DNA of 64,000 nucleotides from Clostridia bacterium (lineage in GTDB: Bacteria; Bacillota; Clostridia; Oscillospirales; CAG-272). Below, piece by piece: positions 8,201 to 16,902 of the stretch (its first letter is position 1; the number at the start of each line of letters is the position of its first letter). A program made the position numbers and the translations under genes. A model generated the notes under the pieces. That model was not told the DNA's origin and ran no database searches. It saw nothing but the letters and a program-made list of their open reading frames with translations. The stretch spans positions 505 to 64,504 of the forward strand of contig JAFTPD010000002.1 of assembly GCA_017463485.1 (NCBI GenBank), given 5' to 3'.

Positions 8201-9244
8201 ATGGAACTGAAAGAACTTATGATGGCGCTGCCCGCACTCATGTCGGTCAGCGGCTATGAGAAGGCTTCTGACAAAGAGCTGTACGAGCTTGTGGGCGAGC
8301 ATTTTGACGAGTGCTTTACCGACGCCTTGAACAATCACTTTTTCGTGAAAAGGTCGGGCAAGGAGAACGCTCCCAAAATTCTTATCGACACCCACTACGA
8401 TGAGATAGGAATGATAGTCACTCGTATCAGCGACGACGGATTTGTGTCAGTCGCGCCTATCGGCGGAGTTGACACCCGCATTTTGCAGGCGGGCGAGGTC
8501 ATTATCTACGGCAAGGAGAAGGTGTACGGCGTTATCGGCTCAACTCCTCCTCATCTTGCACAGCCGGGTGACGCGGATAAGCTGAAATCCATGGAGGAGC
8601 TTTATATCGACACGGGAATACCCGGAGATGAGCTTTGCGAGATAGTCAGACTCGGCTCTCCCGTTGGATTTAAGCCTGTCTACACCGAGCTTCTCAATGA
8701 CCGTATATGCGGCAAGAGCTTTGACGATAAGGCTTGCGCGGCGTCTGTGCTTTACGCGGTCATGAATACTCCCCGCGAGGAGCTTGCGGGCGACGTTTGC
8801 GTTATGCTGTCCTCTCAGGAGGAGGTAGGACTTCGCGGCGCGCGCGTCGGCGGCTTCGGAATATATCCCGACTATGCGCTCGTGCTTGACGTGACCTTCG
8901 CATATACCCCCGATACCGAGATTCGCAAGGACGTCTGCCTTGAAAGCGGAGTTTGCATTACTCTGTCTCCCATAACCGACAGACGGCTCACCCGCATGGC
9001 AATAGATATGTGCCGTGAAAAGGAGATAAAATACACGCTTGAAGCCGCTCCCAAGGGCACGGGAACTAACGCAAACGTAATGGGAATCACCCGCGAGGGA
9101 ATACCCACAGCGCTTGCAAGCATGCCTATCAAGAGCATGCACTCGCCCTCCGAGCTTTTGTCAATGGCGGACGCGCAGTCGCTCGCCGACTTTACGGTGG
9201 GCTTCATAACCTCAACGGAGATTGCGGAGGTGTTTGGAAAATGA
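8201..9244 (+). CDS. M42 family (TET/FrvX/CelM-like) metallo-aminopeptidase, paralog 1
   Basis: 347 aa. M42 ligand blocks are present: THYDEIGMIV, FDDKACAAS, SSQEEVGLRGA, LVLDVT, KSMHSPSE. Confidence 0.85.
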   Translation: MELKELMMALPALMSVSGYEKASDKELYELVGEHFDECFTDALNNHFFVKRSGKENAPKILIDTHYDEIGMIVTRISDDGFVSVAPIGGVDTRILQAGEVIIYGKEKVYGVIGSTPPHLAQPGDADKLKSMEELYIDTGIPGDELCEIVRLGSPVGFKPVYTELLNDRICGKSFDDKACAASVLYAVMNTPREELAGDVCVMLSSQEEVGLRGARVGGFGIYPDYALVLDVTFAYTPDTEIRKDVCLESGVCITLSPITDRRLTRMAIDMCREKEIKYTLEAAPKGTGTNANVMGITREGIPTALASMPIKSMHSPSELLSMADAQSLADFTVGFITSTEIAEVFGK

Positions 9245-10341
9245 TGTATAACGGAAAAGAACTTATAAAAGAGCTGTCGCTTGCCTTCGGACCTTCGGGC
9301 TGTGAGGACGGGGTAAGAGAGCTTATCAAATCACAGATAGATGGCGTGTGCGACGAGATGTACTGTGACCGCGCGGGTAACCTTATCGCAGTCGTTCACG
9401 GTCAGGGAATTGATTACGACCTTGCCGTAAATTCGCCCGACAGACGCCCCGATAGAGTGATGATATGCGCTCACATGGATGAGGTCGGATTTATGATTAC
9501 CGACGTCACCGACGCGGGATATCTAAAGTTTGGCACGGTTGGAGGAATCGACCCTCGCGTGCTTTGCGGCAGACCCGTTTGCGTGGGTGATGAAAATTCC
9601 CGCGTGTCAGGCGTTATTGCCTCCAAAGCGATACACCTGCAAAGCAGGGAGGAGCGCGGAAAGTCCACGCCCATCAATAAAATGTATATCGACATTGGCG
9701 CAAAGGACGGCGAGGACGCGAGAAAATATGCCGATATCGGATCCTTCGGTACATTCGTGTCGGATTTTGTCAGCTTCGGTAAGGACGGAAAATATATGAA
9801 GGGAAAGGCGCTTGACGACAGATGCGGATGCGCTCTTATGATAGAGCTTATGCGCGCCATCAAGGACAAGCCCTTTGACAGAAGCTTTGACTTGTATTTC
9901 GCATTTACAAGATGCGAGGAGATAGGCGTTTCGGGCGCTACTGTGGCGGCAAATTCCATTCAGCCCTCAACTGCCATTATCCTTGAATCCACCGCAGTCG
10001 CGGATATCGCGGGCGTTGATAAGTCGCGCCGCGTGGCAGAGCTTGGCGAGGGCGGCGCTATCTCGCTTGCGGACCGCTCTACCATATACGACATGGCTAT
10101 CGTTAATTTTGCGCTTGGCGTCGCTGAAAAATACGGCATCAAGTGTCAGGTCAAGAAATACGTGTCGGGCGGAAACGACGCGGGCAACGTTCAGCGTTGC
10201 GGTGTGGGTGTCACACCTCTTGCGCTTTCAATGCCTACGAGATATCTGCACAGCGCGTCAAACGTGTCCTGCTACGACGATTATGTTGCTATGCGCGAGC
10301 TTGTTGAGGCAATGCTCCGCGACTGGCGATTCTATAAATAA
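9241..10341 (+). CDS. M42 family metallo-aminopeptidase, paralog 2
   Basis: 366 aa. Its ATG overlaps the stop of paralog 1 (ATGA), and GGAGGTG lies upstream. Blocks: AHMDEVGFMI, LDDRCGCAL, TRCEEIGVSGA, IILEST (Glu where the other two have Asp), RYLHSASN. Confidence 0.85.
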   Translation: MMYNGKELIKELSLAFGPSGCEDGVRELIKSQIDGVCDEMYCDRAGNLIAVVHGQGIDYDLAVNSPDRRPDRVMICAHMDEVGFMITDVTDAGYLKFGTVGGIDPRVLCGRPVCVGDENSRVSGVIASKAIHLQSREERGKSTPINKMYIDIGAKDGEDARKYADIGSFGTFVSDFVSFGKDGKYMKGKALDDRCGCALMIELMRAIKDKPFDRSFDLYFAFTRCEEIGVSGATVAANSIQPSTAIILESTAVADIAGVDKSRRVAELGEGGAISLADRSTIYDMAIVNFALGVAEKYGIKCQVKKYVSGGNDAGNVQRCGVGVTPLALSMPTRYLHSASNVSCYDDYVAMRELVEAMLRDWRFYK

Positions 10342-10366
10342 TTACACCGAAAGGAAGTAAAATAAA

Positions 10367-11371
10367 ATGTTGAATACAATCAAAACTCTCACCGCCGTCC
10401 GCGCTATATCGGGACGTGAAAAGGCGGTTTCGGACAAGCTTCTCAAGCTTATAGCACCCCACGTGGATAACGTCCGTTCCGACGCAATGGGCTCGCTTAT
10501 CGCCTTCAAAAAGGGAACGGGCAAGGACGGCGAGCGCAAGTCGCGCATGCTGTGCGCTCACATGGACGAGATCGGCTTTCTCGTTACCTTCATTGATGAT
10601 AACGGCTATCTCCGCATCGCTCCCATCGGAGGCATAAACTTCGTTGCAGCGACATATTCGCTCGTGGAATTTGCTAATGGTACCAAAGGTATTCTCGTTC
10701 CCGAGAGCGGAACTGCTCCCGCTGATCTCCGCGCCGAAAAGTTTTATATCGATATCGGCGCAAAGGACAAAAAGGAAGCGGAAAAGAAGGTAAAGATAGG
10801 CGACTATTGCGCCGTTGAGGGTAGAGTAGAGCGACTTGCAGGCAAGAGAATTGCGGGCAGACCGCTTGACGACAGGATCGGCTGTGCTATGCTCATAAAA
10901 ATTGCGGAAGCCCTCAAGGAAGCTCCTTGTGAGGACGACGTTTATTTCGTATTCTCCGTGCAGGAGGAGGTAGGTATTCGCGGCGCACGCACTGCGGCTT
11001 ACGGTATCGACCCCGACAGCGCACTCTGCTTTGACATTACAGGCACGGGCGACGCTATCGGATCGAAGCCTATGGCTTGCTCCGTCGGTGGCGGCGCGGC
11101 TATCAAGATAAAGGACGCATCTGTAATTTGCGACGTTGAGATAACCGAGCAGCTCATCAGCCTTGCAAAGGAGAAGGGAATTAAGTATCAGTGCGAGATA
11201 TTGCTCCATGGCGGTACGGATACCGCATCCATTCAGGCAAGCCGCGCAGGTGTACGCGCGGGAGCTATCTCCGTTCCCACACGCTACATCCATTCGGGCT
11301 TTGAAATGCTGGATCTGAACGACGTTCAGGCGGGCATCTCACTCACTCTCGCTTGGCTTGGCGCAAAATAA
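10367..11371 (+). CDS. M42 family metallo-aminopeptidase, paralog 3
   Basis: 334 aa. Blocks: AHMDEIGFLV, LDDRIGCAM, SVQEEVGIRGA, LCFDIT, RYIHSGFE. Confidence 0.85.
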   Translation: MLNTIKTLTAVRAISGREKAVSDKLLKLIAPHVDNVRSDAMGSLIAFKKGTGKDGERKSRMLCAHMDEIGFLVTFIDDNGYLRIAPIGGINFVAATYSLVEFANGTKGILVPESGTAPADLRAEKFYIDIGAKDKKEAEKKVKIGDYCAVEGRVERLAGKRIAGRPLDDRIGCAMLIKIAEALKEAPCEDDVYFVFSVQEEVGIRGARTAAYGIDPDSALCFDITGTGDAIGSKPMACSVGGGAAIKIKDASVICDVEITEQLISLAKEKGIKYQCEILLHGGTDTASIQASRAGVRAGAISVPTRYIHSGFEMLDLNDVQAGISLTLAWLGAK

Positions 11372-11389
11372 TCGTTTCGGAGCAGACAG

Positions 11390-12646
11390 ATGGTTTTTTC
11401 GGATAAAACACTTGCACTTGTAAAGGAGGCAGAGGCGGCTCTCGCTTCGCATTTTGAAAGAATAGACGCCACCTCCTTTGCTAATACTTCAAAAATTATG
11501 GACGCCTTCCGCGAGTTCCGCGTTGCCGATACCATGTTCGGCTCGACCAGCGGTTACGGCTATGACGATAAGGGAAGGGACACGCTTGACCTTATCTGGG
11601 CGCGCGTTATGGATGCGGAGGCGGCGATAGTCCGTCACCAGATAGTCAGCGGCACCCACGCGCTTGCTATCGGACTTTTCGGACTTTTGCGTCCGGGTGA
11701 CGTTATGCTGTCCGTCGCAGGCAAGCCCTACGATACCTTGGAAGAGGTTATCGGTATTTCGGGAAAGGCTGGGGACGGCTCTCTCCGCGACTTCGGCGTG
11801 GACTACGATATGGTAGAGCTTAACGCCGACGGTAGCTTTAAATTCGACGAGATAAGCGCGAAAATAAAGGCATACGGCGCGAGGCTCAAAATGGTTTTTG
11901 TTCAGCGCTCCAAGGGTTATCTTAATCGCAAGACCTTGTCGGTAGACGAGATTGGCGAGCTTGTGCGGTTCGTCAAGAGCGTATCTCCGAATACTTACGT
12001 GGTGGTGGATAACTGCTACGGCGAGTTCGTTGAGGACAAAGAGCCTACCGCTGTCGGAGCTGACCTCGTGATCGGCTCGCTGATCAAAAATCCGGGTGGC
12101 GGAATGGCTGAAAACGGCGGCTATCTTGCGGGGACGGCGAAGGCTGTCGAGCTTGCGTCCTACCGCTTGACATCTGTCGGTGTCGGCGGTGAGGTAGGTG
12201 CTACTCTCGGACAAAATAAGAATATGTATAAAGGACTTTTCTACGCTCCACACACCGTAGCTCAGGCACTCAAAACCGCGCACCTTGCGGCGTATATCTT
12301 TGCGAAAATGGGATATACCGTTGAGCCCGCGTGGGACGAGGAAAGACACGATATTATTCAAAGCGTTATAACCAACTCGCCCGAATTGCTGTGCGCGTTC
12401 TGTCGCGGAATTCAGGCGGGCTCGCCTGTGGATTCGCACGTTACCCCCGAGCCGTGGGCTATGCCCGGGTATTCGGACGAGGTGATCATGGCGGCGGGAA
12501 CGTTTGTGCAGGGCGCGTCTATTGAGCTGTCGGCAGACGGACCCCTGCGTCCTCCTTACACCGTTTATTTCCAAGGCGGACTTACTTATGAAAGCGGCAA
12601 GATCGGCATTATGTCAGCCGCGGAGTCAGTGGAGAAGGTAAGATAA
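11390..12646 (+). CDS. PLP-dependent YnbB / 'aluminium resistance protein' family (Met gamma-lyase-like)
   Basis: 418 aa. It has GSTSGYGYDDKGRDTLDLIWARVMDAEAAIVRHQIVSGTHAL and SLIKNPGGG, characteristic of the YnbB family. Confidence 0.75.
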   Translation: MVFSDKTLALVKEAEAALASHFERIDATSFANTSKIMDAFREFRVADTMFGSTSGYGYDDKGRDTLDLIWARVMDAEAAIVRHQIVSGTHALAIGLFGLLRPGDVMLSVAGKPYDTLEEVIGISGKAGDGSLRDFGVDYDMVELNADGSFKFDEISAKIKAYGARLKMVFVQRSKGYLNRKTLSVDEIGELVRFVKSVSPNTYVVVDNCYGEFVEDKEPTAVGADLVIGSLIKNPGGGMAENGGYLAGTAKAVELASYRLTSVGVGGEVGATLGQNKNMYKGLFYAPHTVAQALKTAHLAAYIFAKMGYTVEPAWDEERHDIIQSVITNSPELLCAFCRGIQAGSPVDSHVTPEPWAMPGYSDEVIMAAGTFVQGASIELSADGPLRPPYTVYFQGGLTYESGKIGIMSAAESVEKVR

Positions 12647-12667
12647 CCATACCGAAAGGATAGAAAA

Positions 12668-13729
12668 ATGAAACTTACAAAATATATTCGGCTTCGCGTG
12701 ATATCCCTAACACTTGTAGCGATATTTGCGTTGTCGGCTCTTGCGGGCTGCTCGGGTGTCAGCGAAATTCCCGAGGGCTTTCAGTACGCTACCTGTAACG
12801 GGGAATATTTCCGTCTGTTCGTGCCTACGCAGTGGACGGTGAATACCGTCAGCGGCGTGTCGGGCGCATACGTTTCCCAGAATACGGGTAATACTGTCAC
12901 CATGCGCGAGGTCAGCTTTACTCCCCTAGAAGCTCAAAGCGGAGAGGACAAAAAGCCCTTCGATTATTTCGTGGAGGCTCACCGCGCCGATATTGAAACT
13001 CTGCGGGACTTTGAAAAAGTATCCGAGGCTAACACCACCATGAGCGGCTACCGCGCGTGGGAGATAGTTTATACCGCCAAGGTTAGCGAGAAAACGCATA
13101 AATTCCGTCAGGTGCTTTCAAAGGCAAACGACAGATATTTTATCTTTACGTATTCCGCTTTGGAGAACTACTACGACGCAGTCGTAGAGGACGTTGATGA
13201 GATACTCGCCGAAATACTTTTCTACAACACCCCCTACAACGGCGGAGAGCATAAAAAAATACCCACCGACGTTGATATTCCCGAGGGTATGAAGCTTGTG
13301 TCGGACGACACTGTGGCGTTCAGATTTTTCGCGCCCGACGACTGGACAGTCGACGAGAAAAACGAGAGCTGTGTGGTATATTTTTCCGAGAGTGACCGCT
13401 CCAATGTGAGCATTTTGCCGTATATGCCCGCCGACGACCAGACCACGGTGGAGCAGTATTGGAAGGACACCGAGCTTTATTATAAAAACAATCTCGTGTC
13501 CTACAAGCTCATTTCCACCAATACCAAGGCGACCCTGGGCGGACAGGACGCTGTTGAGTACGTGTATACCTATTCCGTGGGCGGAGTGAATTATAAGGCC
13601 ATGCAGACGGTAACGGTTTACTCCACCATGATATACAGCATGACGTACACGGCAGTTGCCGAGAATTACGACGCTCACCTTGATGACGTCGCGCTTATGG
13701 GCGAGAAGCTGACCTTCCGCCATCCGTGA
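12668..13729 (+). CDS. hypothetical lipoprotein with internally duplicated ~165-aa domain
   Basis: 353 aa. The signal peptide ends in the lipobox LSALAGC. The two halves share IPEG..., FR(L/F)F(V/A)P..WTV. Confidence 0.6.
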   Translation: MKLTKYIRLRVISLTLVAIFALSALAGCSGVSEIPEGFQYATCNGEYFRLFVPTQWTVNTVSGVSGAYVSQNTGNTVTMREVSFTPLEAQSGEDKKPFDYFVEAHRADIETLRDFEKVSEANTTMSGYRAWEIVYTAKVSEKTHKFRQVLSKANDRYFIFTYSALENYYDAVVEDVDEILAEILFYNTPYNGGEHKKIPTDVDIPEGMKLVSDDTVAFRFFAPDDWTVDEKNESCVVYFSESDRSNVSILPYMPADDQTTVEQYWKDTELYYKNNLVSYKLISTNTKATLGGQDAVEYVYTYSVGGVNYKAMQTVTVYSTMIYSMTYTAVAENYDAHLDDVALMGEKLTFRHP

Positions 13730-13730
13730 C

Positions 13731-14915
13731 ATGACTGATATGCAAAAGACGAATATGATATATCTTGACAACAGTGCGACGACCCCGCTGTGCGAGGACG
13801 CGCGCCGCGAGATGCTGGCAGCCATGGAATGCTTCGGCAATCCGTCCTCCCTCCACAGTGTAGGGTACGAAGCGCATAAACTCCTTGATGCGGCAAGAAA
13901 AAGCGTTGCCACGTCTATGGGACTTCGCTCGTATAAAAATGAGCAGATAGTGTTTACCTCCTGCGGAAGCGAGGCGGCGTCGCTTGCTATATTCGGCAGT
14001 GTTTTTGCAAAGGCGCGCAAGGTGGGACAGCGAATACTCACCACCGACTGCGAGCATCCCGCCGTGGAGATGGCAATGAAGAGGCTGGAGGCTCACGGCT
14101 TTGAGGTGATGCGTATACCCACGAAGGGCGGTGTGCTTGACCTTGACGTGCTTAAAAATGCCCTCGACAAGCCGATACAGCTTGCCTCGTTTATGATGGT
14201 AAATAACGAAACGGGCGCACGGTTTGAGGTGGAAAAGGCGTTTGCACTGGTGAAGGAAAAATATCCCGACGCGACCACTCATACCGACGCAGTGCAGGGA
14301 TTTTTGAAGGAAAGCTTCAATATTTCACAGCTCGGCGCAGATATGGTGTCCGTCAGCGCACACAAGATACACGGACCGAAGGGCGTTGGTGCGCTGTACG
14401 TTTCCCCCGACGTGATAAAAAAGCGCAATCTTGTTCCGTTCCTTGTAGGAGGCGGACAGGAAGGCGGCTTGCGCTCGGGAACTGAAAATATGATAGGCAT
14501 CTGCGGCTTTGGCGCGGCGGCGGAGGAGGGAATTGCCACCCTTGCGTCCGACCTTGAACACATGCGCACCCTGCGCGATGCGGCTGCACAAAAGCTCTCG
14601 GATATGGGACTTAAAATAAACCTACCGCAGGGCAGGAGAGCCCCACATATCCTCAGCGTGACCTTGCCGAATATCAAGTCCGAAACCATGCTGCATTTTC
14701 TGTCGTCGGTCGGCGTTTGCGTGTCAAGCGGCTCGGCTTGCTCGTCACATTCAAAGACGCAAAGTCAGTCCCTGCTTGCATTCGGACTTACCCCTGCCGA
14801 GGCGGACTCAACTATTCGTATAAGCTTTTCGCGCTTCAACACCGCAGAGGACGTAGATTCCCTTGTCGCGGCTGTCGAGCGTGGACTTATGATGCTTGTG
14901 CGCATAAAGAGATAA
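13731..14915 (+). CDS. cysteine desulfurase (NifS/IscS family)
   Basis: 394 aa. IYLDNSATTP, PLP-lysine block SVSAHKIHGPKGVGALYV, and active-site Cys loop SSGSACSS. Confidence 0.88.
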   Translation: MTDMQKTNMIYLDNSATTPLCEDARREMLAAMECFGNPSSLHSVGYEAHKLLDAARKSVATSMGLRSYKNEQIVFTSCGSEAASLAIFGSVFAKARKVGQRILTTDCEHPAVEMAMKRLEAHGFEVMRIPTKGGVLDLDVLKNALDKPIQLASFMMVNNETGARFEVEKAFALVKEKYPDATTHTDAVQGFLKESFNISQLGADMVSVSAHKIHGPKGVGALYVSPDVIKKRNLVPFLVGGGQEGGLRSGTENMIGICGFGAAAEEGIATLASDLEHMRTLRDAAAQKLSDMGLKINLPQGRRAPHILSVTLPNIKSETMLHFLSSVGVCVSSGSACSSHSKTQSQSLLAFGLTPAEADSTIRISFSRFNTAEDVDSLVAAVERGLMMLVRIKR

Positions 14916-14928
14916 TAACAAATGAAGA

Positions 14929-14958
14929 AAACCGCTCTGTGTTTTACAGAGCGGTTTT
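14929..14958. terminator. bidirectional intrinsic terminator between the nifS-like gene and rpmB
   Basis: AAACCGCTCTGT-GTTTT-ACAGAGCGGTTT, flanked by an A-run and a T-run between convergent genes. Confidence 0.8.
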
Positions 14959-14986
14959 CTATTGTCCGTTTAAACGGTAAACACCA

Positions 14987-15172
14987 TTAAGCGCGGGTTA
15001 CCTTTCCGGAACGAAGGCAACGGGAGCAGACTGCAACAGTCTTGGGCGTGCCGTCAACGATAGCCTTTACCTTGCGGATGTTGGGCTTCCAAGTGCGGTT
15101 GGTCTTACGTACGGAGTGAGAAACGTTGTGGCCGTAAACAACACCCTTGCCGCATACACTACATTTTGCCAT
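14987..15172 (-). CDS. rpmB: 50S ribosomal protein L28
   Basis: MAKCSVCGKGVVYGHNVSHSVRKTNRTWKPNIRKVK... The ATG is at 15170-15172, 6 nt after AAGGAGGTG. The track's GTG start lies within that RBS. Confidence 0.93.
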   Translation of the reverse strand: MAKCSVCGKGVVYGHNVSHSVRKTNRTWKPNIRKVKAIVDGTPKTVAVCSRCLRSGKVTRA

Positions 15173-15248
15173 TTTTGACACCTCCTTATAAGTGTTTGGG
15201 GGTATATCATAAGCGGATATACCGTCAAGTCACAAGTCAACATTCTGT

Positions 15249-15277
15249 ATTATACCACAAACAAAACCGAATTGCAA
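15249..15277 (-). promoter_or_regulatory. sigma-A promoter of rpmB
   Basis: The minus strand reads TTGCAA(15272-15277)-17 nt-TATAAT(15249-15254) with TGg extended -10. Confidence 0.65.
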
Positions 15278-15360
15278 TAGGTTTTTTGAAAAAAATTCAA
15301 AGATTTTTTCGCTGTGAATAAACCAAGTGCAAAAAAATAAAAAAAATTTCAAAAAAGCTA

Positions 15361-15389
15361 TTGACAAAGGGAGTTCGGTATGGTATAAT
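15361..15389 (+). promoter_or_regulatory. sigma-A promoter of infC-rpmI-rplT
   Basis: TTGACA(15361-15366)-17 nt-TATAAT(15384-15389) with TGg extended -10. It is preceded by long A-tracts (15325-15358). Confidence 0.75.
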
Positions 15390-15563
15390 CAAACGGTAAA
15401 TGAAGTGAAGCCGCCCGGTTTCCACCGTTCCGCCTAAAGTGCGCGCACGGTTAATAGCGTCCCTGCCGCAGTGTGGGGAATTGTCCGCGCAGAGCTTTGC
15501 GCGTGAGCGTGTGTACCGGGGTATTTACTTCGGTACGATTTTTGTTTTAGGAGGTGCATACCT
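15390..15563 (+). promoter_or_regulatory. infC operon leader with attenuator hairpin (L20-leader-like)
   Basis: A ~170-nt structured leader with several GC-rich hairpins (for example CGCGCA-GAGCTT-TGCGCG). GTACCGGG...TTCGGTAC (15513-15536) is followed by GATTTTTGTTTT right before the RBS. This fits the L20-responsive attenuators known in Firmicutes. Confidence 0.55.
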
Positions 15564-16094
15564 ATCGGCACTAATGCAAAGGACACTCTCGTCAACGAGG
15601 ATATCGACGCCCGCGAGGTGAGAGTAGTTAACGCACAAGGAGAGCCCCTTGGCATCATGAGCTCCAAGGAGGCACTCAAGATCGCTTACGACAGTGATCT
15701 TGACCTGGTTATGATCGCACCGCAGGCGCAGCCGCCCGTGTGCAAGGTCATGGACTACGGTAAATATTGCTTTGAAAAGCAAAAGCGCGAGAAGGAAGCA
15801 AAGAAGAAGCAGCAGACCGTTGAGGTCAAGGAGATTCAGCTTTCTTACCGCATTGACACTCACGATTACGAAACCAAGAAGAATCAGGCGCGCAAGTTCC
15901 TCACGTCGGGCAACAAGGTGCGCGTGGTTATGAAGTTCCGCGGCCGTGAGATGGGACACATGTCTATGGGACGTGAGCTTTTGGATAAGTTCATAGCCGA
16001 CACTCAGGACGTGGGCAGCTGTGACAAGAAGCCCGCGCTTGACGGACGTATCATCAGCATGGTAATAAGTCCTCTTGCAAATAAAAAGCAGTAA
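15564..16094 (+). CDS. infC: translation initiation factor IF-3 (non-canonical ATC or ATA start)
   Basis: The conserved N-terminal block VNEDIDAREVRVV lies upstream of the first GTG (15618). There is no ATG, GTG or TTG in frame between the upstream stop TGA (15504-15506) and 15618. ATC at 15564 sits 7 nt after GGAGGTG; ATA at 15558 is the alternative. The rest matches IF-3 (DLVMIAPQAQPPVCKVMDYGKY...). Confidence 0.85.
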   Translation: MGTNAKDTLVNEDIDAREVRVVNAQGEPLGIMSSKEALKIAYDSDLDLVMIAPQAQPPVCKVMDYGKYCFEKQKREKEAKKKQQTVEVKEIQLSYRIDTHDYETKKNQARKFLTSGNKVRVVMKFRGREMGHMSMGRELLDKFIADTQDVGSCDKKPALDGRIISMVISPLANKKQ

Positions 16095-16228
16095 TCGGTA
16101 ATCGGTCACGTGCCGCTGTGCTGATAATACCCGCATGCGGGTAGGTACGGACTTCCGTGTAAAAATCACCGAGGTTTAATCAAGACTTTTACTAAAAAGC
16201 AAAATAAGACGAAAGAAGGATTATTGAA

Positions 16229-16423
16229 ATGGGAAAGGTTAAGACACATCGCGCTTCTGCCAAGAGATTCTCTCTGACAGGAACAGGAAAAGTAAAGATG
16301 AATCACTGCCATCATCGCCACAATCTGGGTAAGAAGACCGCAAAGAGAAAGAGAGATCTTCGTTCTTCTGCGATCATGAGCGAGAGCATGGCAAGAAACG
16401 TAAGAACAATGATTCTTAAATGA
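16229..16423 (+). CDS. rpmI: 50S ribosomal protein L35
   Basis: 64 aa: MGKVKTHRASAKRFSLTGTGKVK... Confidence 0.95.
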   Translation: MGKVKTHRASAKRFSLTGTGKVKMNHCHHRHNLGKKTAKRKRDLRSSAIMSESMARNVRTMILK

Positions 16424-16461
16424 TTTGTCGAACTGATAGGACTTAAAGGAGGATTTGAAAA

Positions 16462-16815
16462 ATGGCAAGAATCAAGGGCGCTATGATGACGCGCAAGAGA
16501 AGAAATAAGATGCTCAAGGCCGCTAAGGGCTATTGGGGAAGCAAGTCTAAGCATTTCAAGATGGCTAAGCAGGCGGTAATGAAGAGCGGTAACTACGCTT
16601 TCACCGGCCGTAAGCTCAAGAAGAGAGATTTCCGCCGTCTGTGGATCACCCGTATTTCTGCAGGCTGCAAGGCAAACGGTATGAACTACTCTACCTTTAT
16701 GAACGGTCTGAAGAAGGCAGGCGTTACTCTCAACCGCAAGATGCTCTCTGAGATCGCAATCGCAGACAAAGAGGCGTTTACTGCTCTGTGCGAGCAGGCA
16801 AAGGCTGCTCTTTAA
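16462..16815 (+). CDS. rplT: 50S ribosomal protein L20
   Basis: 117 aa: [39 protein letters not shown]... Confidence 0.96.
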   Translation: MARIKGAMMTRKRRNKMLKAAKGYWGSKSKHFKMAKQAVMKSGNYAFTGRKLKKRDFRRLWITRISAGCKANGMNYSTFMNGLKKAGVTLNRKMLSEIAIADKEAFTALCEQAKAAL

Positions 16816-16828
16816 TGCGCCGATAGAT

Positions 16829-16857
16829 AAAAACCCGCTAAGTAAGGCGGGTTTTTG
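16829..16857 (+). terminator. intrinsic terminator after rplT
   Basis: AAACCCGC-loop-GCGGGTTT followed by TTTG. Confidence 0.8.
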
Positions 16858-16902
16858 TCATATTTTTATGAAGATGAAACTGCACCGAAAGGAGGAGATC
16901 TT

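Noticed and set aside
16855-16902. The ATG at 16855 as the start of the TrmH-family methyltransferase
   Set aside because: This ATG overlaps the rplT terminator hairpin and has no RBS. The GTG at 16903 follows GGAGGAG at ideal spacing.
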